Below are positions 27,166 through 32,000 of a stretch of DNA of 32,000 nt, piece by piece (the first letter of the stretch is position 1; every line of letters begins with the position of its first letter). The position numbers and the translations under genes were made by a program. The notes beneath the pieces were generated by a model. It searched no databases. It saw only the letters and a list, made by a program, of their open reading frames with translations, and was not told where the DNA came from. The stretch covers positions 3,270,001 through 3,302,000 of the forward strand of contig OZ245049.1 in NCBI GenBank assembly GCA_965224465.1, given 5' to 3'. This DNA is from Flavobacteriaceae bacterium. GTDB lineage: Bacteria; Bacteroidota; Bacteroidia; Flavobacteriales; Flavobacteriaceae.

Positions 27166-28863
27166 ATGCACTGGATACAGAAAACACCTATAGATTCTAA
27201 AATTGTACAACAACTTTCTACTGATTTGGGAGTTGATAAAATGATAGCGACTTTGCTTATTCAAAGAGGGATTTCTACCTTTGAAGAGGCAAAGTCTTTT
27301 TTCCGTCCTAATTTAAACGAACTTCACGATCCTTTTTTAATGAAGGATATGGATAAGGCGGTAGTACGCATTTGCAAAGCTATTAAAAACCAAGAAAACA
27401 TATTGATTTATGGAGATTATGATGTGGATGGAACCACCTCTGTGTCTTTGGTATATTCCTATCTAAGTACCATTCATAAAAATTTAGCTACTTATATTCC
27501 TGATCGCTATGCAGAAGGATATGGAATCTCTTTTCAATCTATAGATTTTGCAGCGGACAATAATTTCACCTTAATTATTGCCTTAGATTGTGGTATTAAA
27601 GCCATTGATAAAGTCAAATACGCCACAGAAAAAGGAATTGATTATGTGATTTGTGATCATCACAGGCCTGGTGTCGAAATTCCAAAAGCCATTGCTGTAT
27701 TGGATCCGAAACGTGTTGATTGTAGCTATCCTTACGACGAACTTTGCGGTTGTGGGGTTGGTTTTAAATTGATTCAGGCTATCGGCACAACATACAATCA
27801 GAGTATTGACTATTTCTTGCCGTATTTAGATTTAGTTGCTACGGCAATTGGGGCTGATATTGTTCCTGTTACAGGGGAGAATCGAGTGTTGGCTTTTCAT
27901 GGTTTAAAAGTGATAAACTCCAATCCTAGAATAGGGATGAAAGCATTGATAGCACTGTCAAAAAAAGAAAATCTGACCATTACAGATGTGGTTTTTGGGA
28001 TTGCTCCTAGAATCAATGCAGCAGGAAGGATAAAATCTGGAAATGATGCCGTTCAGTTGTTGATAGAGAACGATAGAGATAAAGCACAGAAATTTGCTGA
28101 AGCTATTGAAATAAACAACGTAGACAGGAAGGAATTGGATACATTGATAACGCAAGAAGCCTTAGCTCAAATTATAGAAAAGGAGGAACAAGAAGGCTAT
28201 ACTACGGTTGTTTATGATCAAAATTGGCACAAAGGTGTGATTGGAATTGTAGCCTCTAGATTGATAGAAACCTATTATCGTCCTACCTTGGTGTTTACAA
28301 AAAGCGGTGATAAACTGGCTGCTTCTGCACGTTCTGTGATTGGGTTTGATGTGTATGATGCCTTAGAACAGTGCAGTGAATTTATCGAGCAATTTGGGGG
28401 GCATAAATACGCTGCTGGATTGACCTTGTCTTTAGAACAATATCCTAAATTTAAAGCTAAATTTGAGGAAGTGGTCAAAGAAACAATGCCGGAAGAACTC
28501 CGAACTCCTCAATTAAAATACGATTCAGAGATACTTTTTGATCAAATTACTCCAAAGTTTCACCGTATTTTAAAACAATTGGCTCCTTTTGGGCCAGGGA
28601 ATATGACCCCCACTTTTATTGCAAAAAATGTGCGAGATACGGGATGGGGAAAGCCTGTGGGTGGAGATAAAACACATTTAAAAGTAAGTTTGGAAGATCC
28701 AAAAACTAGAACTGCTATCAGTGGTATTGGTTTTGGATTGGCAGCTGCGTTTTTGAAAATCAAAAAAGGGAATCAATTTGATATTGCCTTTACAATTGAT
28801 GAAAATACATGGCAAGGAAATACGAGCCTGCAATTAATGTTAAAAGATTTAAAAGAAGTGTAG
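27166..28863 (+). CDS. recJ: Single-stranded-DNA-specific exonuclease RecJ
   Basis: DHH-family motifs (GDYDVDGTTS, ALDCG, ICDHHRP) and a DHHA1 domain with GGHKYAAG. Confidence 0.9.
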   Translation: MHWIQKTPIDSKIVQQLSTDLGVDKMIATLLIQRGISTFEEAKSFFRPNLNELHDPFLMKDMDKAVVRICKAIKNQENILIYGDYDVDGTTSVSLVYSYLSTIHKNLATYIPDRYAEGYGISFQSIDFAADNNFTLIIALDCGIKAIDKVKYATEKGIDYVICDHHRPGVEIPKAIAVLDPKRVDCSYPYDELCGCGVGFKLIQAIGTTYNQSIDYFLPYLDLVATAIGADIVPVTGENRVLAFHGLKVINSNPRIGMKALIALSKKENLTITDVVFGIAPRINAAGRIKSGNDAVQLLIENDRDKAQKFAEAIEINNVDRKELDTLITQEALAQIIEKEEQEGYTTVVYDQNWHKGVIGIVASRLIETYYRPTLVFTKSGDKLAASARSVIGFDVYDALEQCSEFIEQFGGHKYAAGLTLSLEQYPKFKAKFEEVVKETMPEELRTPQLKYDSEILFDQITPKFHRILKQLAPFGPGNMTPTFIAKNVRDTGWGKPVGGDKTHLKVSLEDPKTRTAISGIGFGLAAAFLKIKKGNQFDIAFTIDENTWQGNTSLQLMLKDLKEV

Positions 28864-28905
28864 ACGGTCTGTAAATGAATCCAAGTTAAATTCAAGTGTG
28901 AAAAC

Positions 28906-28938
28906 AAAAAAATGCCCGAATATAACGGACATTTTTTT
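28906..28938 (+). terminator. Probable recJ terminator
   Basis: aaaaaaatgcccg (28906-28918) pairs with cggacattttttt (28926-28938) with one mismatch. The 3' arm runs into a T tract. Confidence 0.5.
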
Positions 28939-28959
28939 GTGTATGGATTATACTATTTA

Positions 28960-30051
28960 GGCTCAACTTGTAAATAGCGTATTTATTTCGTAACTTACTG
29001 AAAAACAGAATCATTATGGATAATTCAGCTATTTTAAAATATTTTGACTGTCTAGATGTAACTAAGCAGGATATTTTGCTTAAAGAATTCCAGTCTCTTT
29101 GCAAATCAGGAAGTTATGTAGACATTATTAAAATGAGAGGGAATGCTTTAGATGACAGAAGAGGTGAATGCCCTTACTGCAATGGCTATCACTATATAAA
29201 AGCAGGTGTAGATAAAAACAGCAGGCGTTATAAATGTAAAGATTGTAAACGTACTTTTACTGAATTTACCGGCAGTTGGCTAGCTGGGATACACAAAAAG
29301 CAACGCATACCAGCCTTTTTAAAAACACTTGAATTGAATTTAAGTTTGGTTAAAACAGGAAAGGATCTTTCCATAGATCCAGGGACGGCATTTAGATGGC
29401 GTCATCGTTTTTTGTCTGCTATGTTTCAAGAAACCACAGGTTATTTCAAAGGAATCACCGAGAGTGATGAGACCTTTTATTTACACAGTCAAAAAGGTAA
29501 AAAGTGTGTACATAGACCTCCCAGAAGTAGATCCGAAAAGAAAGGGGGCAGGTATAACAAAAGAATACGCAACGGTATTAACAACCCAAGATAGAGCAGA
29601 ACTATGCGTGTCTAAATTTACAAATATGGGCAGAATTACCAAGAGTAATATAAAAAACACTATCGGAAGCATGGTAGATAATAGAACCATATTTTGTTCT
29701 GATGGACACCGTAGTTTTACAGGGTTTAGTAAGGATTTACATTTAGAGCATCATGTTTTAAACAGTAGTAAAAACCAACGAGTCAAAGGGACTTATCATA
29801 TTCAGCACATCAATAGTTTGCATAGTAGGTTAAAGACATTTTGTAACGTGAAATTAAAAGGAGTATCCACAAAATATCTTCAAAAATATTTAAATTGGCA
29901 AACAATTAAAGATTCATATCGTAAAGAATCAAATTGGGTAGTTACTGTCCTTAAGTACTCAATGAAACGTTCAAATGCAATTCAAATATATAACAATATC
30001 CAAACTGATTATGACAAAATTTTTATAACAACGCTAAATGCTAGTTGAGCC
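28960..30051 (+). mobile_element. IS1595-family (ISXO2-like) insertion sequence, 1092 bp
   Basis: Terminal inverted repeats GGCTCAACTTGTAAATAGCGT and GGCTCAACTAGCATTTAGCGT (reverse complement of the right end), 17/21 identical. Flanked by a perfect 8-bp direct repeat ACTATTTA (28952-28959 and 30052-30059). Confidence 0.85.
29016..30048 (+). pseudogene. IS1595-family transposase split by a +1 frame change
   Basis: The N-terminal zinc ribbon (CPYCNGYHYIK...YKCKDCKRTF) and the start of the DDE domain (ITESDETFY) are in frame 3. The rest of the ISXO2-like domain (..KRKGAGITKEYATVLTTQDR...CSDGHRSF...HINSLHSRLK) is in frame 1. The switch maps to the gaaaagaaaggggg homopolymer stretch at about 29535-29548. 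Confidence 0.8.
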
Positions 30052-30206
30052 ACTATTTACAATCTAAAATAACGGATATAAATAGTTTATTTTACGTTTT
30101 AGCGTTGTTAAAAAACAGAACGATAGCTATCCTTAGATTCTCCGTCTAGCTAAAACAAAAAATAGTTCCATTTCTAAACCGTCACTTGAAATTGTACTTG
30201 GTATTA
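30052..30206 (+). repeat. MITE-like intergenic repeat, copy E (its first 12 nt lie at 28948-28959 on the other side of the IS1595 insertion)
   Basis: Removing the IS and one TSD copy gives ttatactatttacaatctaaaataacgg..., matching the left end of copies C and D. The right end ..ccgtcacttgaaattgtacttggtatta stops 14 nt before the EEP gene stop codon. Confidence 0.8.
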
Positions 30207-30220
30207 CCAGTCACCAAATA

Positions 30221-31279
30221 CTATTTCTTCTCTTTAATCACATAAATATACACGGGGAAATGGTCACTATAACCTCCTGTAAAGTTTCCATAGCTAAAAC
30301 TTCTATATGGATATCCTTTATAGCGTCCTTTTTTATTGATAAGGTAGCGTGGATTGTAAATATTGGCTTTAAACATTTTATAATCCTCAAAATTTTTGTC
30401 AGTATCTAATAAAGAGGATGAAATTATTATTTGGTCAAATAAGTTGATATTGTCTCTATATCCCAAAGTATTTAGCCCTCTTGCATGCATGTTCTCCATT
30501 GGGTTATACATGTTTCCTGGTTTAACTTCCGATTTTTTGCCTTTTGCTTTTAGTATGTTTTTGATGCTTCTATTGGTGGGGTCATCATTAAAATCTCCCA
30601 TGGTAATAATTTTTGCCTGTGGGTTTTCTTGCTGTAGTTCTTTGATTATTTTGACATTTAAAGCGGCTGCTTTTTCTCGTTTGTGACTGCTTTTTTTCTC
30701 TCCTCCACGTCTGGATGGCCAGTGATTTACAATTATATGGATCAATTCGTCGTCCAGGTAACCAGAAACTAATAATTGATCTCTAGTGGTTTGTTTTTTA
30801 CCTTCTTTGTTATTTGCTAATTTTAACACGTAGTTTTTACTGTGTACGGGTTTAAAGTAGCGTTTTTGATAGAGTAGTGCTACGTCAATACCTCTAAAAT
30901 CTGGAGAGTCGTAATGTACAATTCCATAGTTGAATTTTTTAAGATGCGTATTGGCGACTAAATCTTCCAATACTCTTAAGTTCTCTACTTCCGAAACACC
31001 TATAATTGCAGGTGCTGTATTGGTTTTTTTGCTTCCTATTTGTGCAATTACCCGTGCCATATTATCCAGCTTTTGGATGTATATCTTGGCAGTATCTCCT
31101 TTGGACTCCATAATAGGACTTGCTTCATCGTATACATTTGGGTCGTTTACAGTGTCAAATAGATTTTCCAAATTGTAAAATGCAATGGTTCTAATTTGGT
31201 ATTCCTTGCTTGAATTTTGAGCATTGCTACTAAGTGTCAAGAAACAAAGTGTTGCTATTAATAGATTGATTTTATTCAT
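30221..31279 (-). CDS. Secreted endonuclease/exonuclease/phosphatase (EEP) family protein
   Basis: Signal peptide MNKINLLIATLCFLTLSSNAQ. EEP motifs (AFYNLENLFD, GVSEVEN, MGDFND, YSDHFPVY). Confidence 0.8.
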   Translation of the reverse strand: MNKINLLIATLCFLTLSSNAQNSSKEYQIRTIAFYNLENLFDTVNDPNVYDEASPIMESKGDTAKIYIQKLDNMARVIAQIGSKKTNTAPAIIGVSEVENLRVLEDLVANTHLKKFNYGIVHYDSPDFRGIDVALLYQKRYFKPVHSKNYVLKLANNKEGKKQTTRDQLLVSGYLDDELIHIIVNHWPSRRGGEKKSSHKREKAAALNVKIIKELQQENPQAKIITMGDFNDDPTNRSIKNILKAKGKKSEVKPGNMYNPMENMHARGLNTLGYRDNINLFDQIIISSSLLDTDKNFEDYKMFKANIYNPRYLINKKGRYKGYPYRSFSYGNFTGGYSDHFPVYIYVIKEKK

Positions 31280-31300
31280 CGTTGTAAAATATTAGGTCTA

Positions 31301-31308
31301 CAAAGTTA
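31301..31308 (-). promoter_or_regulatory. Candidate -7 box (TAACTTTG on minus strand) for the EEP gene
   Basis: The plus strand reads caaagtta, 21 nt upstream of the start at 31279. Confidence 0.35.
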
Positions 31309-31373
31309 TGAACAAAAGTCGAACTGTGATTGTTTTTTACTTCTAAATTACAATTGAACATGTTAATAAGTTG

Positions 31374-31381
31374 TAAATTTG
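31374..31381 (+). promoter_or_regulatory. Candidate -7 box TAAATTTG for the TonB-dependent receptor
   Basis: Exact TAnnTTTG match 45 nt upstream of the ATG at 31427. Confidence 0.35.
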
Positions 31382-31426
31382 CAAAGCAATAAAAAGTTGC
31401 AATCAAACATTTTTATCAATTCAAAT

Positions 31427-32000
31427 ATGAGAAAAACAATCGTCTCACTATTCCTTAGTTTATTTGTCGTTTTGTCGATAGATGCGCAAAGTTTGAGTAG
31501 TGTTAAAGGTACTGTTTCTGATAGCGATACGGGTAAAACCATCGCTGGAGTTACAGTAAAGGTTTTAGGGACAACCTTTGTTCAAAAAACAGGTTCTGAA
31601 GGGAATTTTATTTTGAATCAACTCCCAAAAGGTCAACATGTAATACAGTTGATTTTTGACGGCTACGGCACACAAAATTATCCTGTTGTTGTGTTGGAAG
31701 GAAAACAAGTGGATTTAGGAGTATTACTTTTGTACAAAGAAATGGGCTCTAGCAGCGATTTAAGTGTAATTACACTTTCTAATGACGATCTTTTAGAAGA
31801 TGAAGGCGGAGGATCGGACAATGTTTCTGGTTTATTATCTTCGTCAAAAGATGCTTTTTCAAGGGCTGCTGCTTTTAATTTTGGAGCTGCTTGGTTTAGA
31901 GTTCGTGGTTTTGATTCACAAAATGGAACGGTGATGCTCAATGGTATTCCGATGAACAAAATGTATGCGGGTCGTCCACAGTGGAGCAACTGGGGAGGAT
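31427..32000 (+). CDS. TonB-dependent receptor, N-terminal part (carboxypeptidase-regulatory-like domain and plug); continues past the window end
   Basis: My own translation, since this ORF is not in the track: MRKTIVSLFLSLFVVLSIDAQSLSSVKGTVSDSDTGKTIAGVTVKVLGT...FRVRGFDSQNGTVMLNGIPMNK. It has a signal peptide, a CarbopepD_reg-like beta-sandwich and plug motifs. The minus-strand ORF 31678-31989 is its antisense shadow. Confidence 0.8.
   Translation, partial: MRKTIVSLFLSLFVVLSIDAQSLSSVKGTVSDSDTGKTIAGVTVKVLGTTFVQKTGSEGNFILNQLPKGQHVIQLIFDGYGTQNYPVVVLEGKQVDLGVLLLYKEMGSSSDLSVITLSNDDLLEDEGGGSDNVSGLLSSSKDAFSRAAAFNFGAAWFRVRGFDSQNGTVMLNGIPMNKMYAGRPQWSNWGG

Noticed and set aside
28878-28905. The segment ccaagttaaattcaagtgtgaaaac just after recJ resembles the reverse complement of the repeat right end (ccaagtacaatttcaagtgacgg) and also the IS30 terminal repeat
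   Set aside because: The match is only about 17 of 20 with a gap. My rough estimate is that several such matches are expected by chance in AT-rich sequence. It would need an alignment with statistics.
29520-29550. Programmed ribosomal frameshifting in the IS1595 transposase
   Set aside because: The required shift is +1, not the -1 typical of IS3 and IS1 elements. IS1595-family transposases are normally single ORFs, and the site is a plain homopolymer run. A mutation or sequencing error is more parsimonious.

Overview
Low-GC chromosomal segment that looks like Flavobacteriia (Bacteroidota), judged from gene content, codon usage and recurrent TAnnTTTG -7 promoter boxes. From left to right, the housekeeping genes are the 3' part of a phosphate-selective porin gene, pstS-pstC-pstA-pstB-phoU (+), and a minus-strand suf Fe-S cluster (sufA-sufB-lipoprotein-sufC-sufD ... 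sufS). This cluster is split by two plus-strand genes, a serine hydrolase and a decayed GNAT. It is followed by thiL. An accessory, IS-rich stretch covers about 15.2-24.4 kb. It holds a small orphan ORF and a minus-strand operon (7TMR-DISM histidine kinase, LuxR-type response regulator, alpha/beta hydrolase) whose kinase gene is cleanly split by an IS30-family element. It also holds a decayed lipase-like gene, a very AT-rich 566-aa secreted beta-barrel-like orphan protein, and a second identical IS30 copy. Next come a Cys/Lys-rich small ORF, a ClC channel with CBS domains, OsmC, RecJ, an IS1595-family element with a frameshifted transposase, a secreted EEP-family nuclease/phosphatase, and the 5' part of a TonB-dependent receptor. 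The least explained signal is a family of five 125-165 bp intergenic elements. All five are in the same orientation and carry about 26-bp imperfect terminal inverted repeats (MITE-like), and one is pierced by the IS1595 element. I found no rRNA, tRNA or CRISPR array, and no recognisable defence or toxin-antitoxin system.
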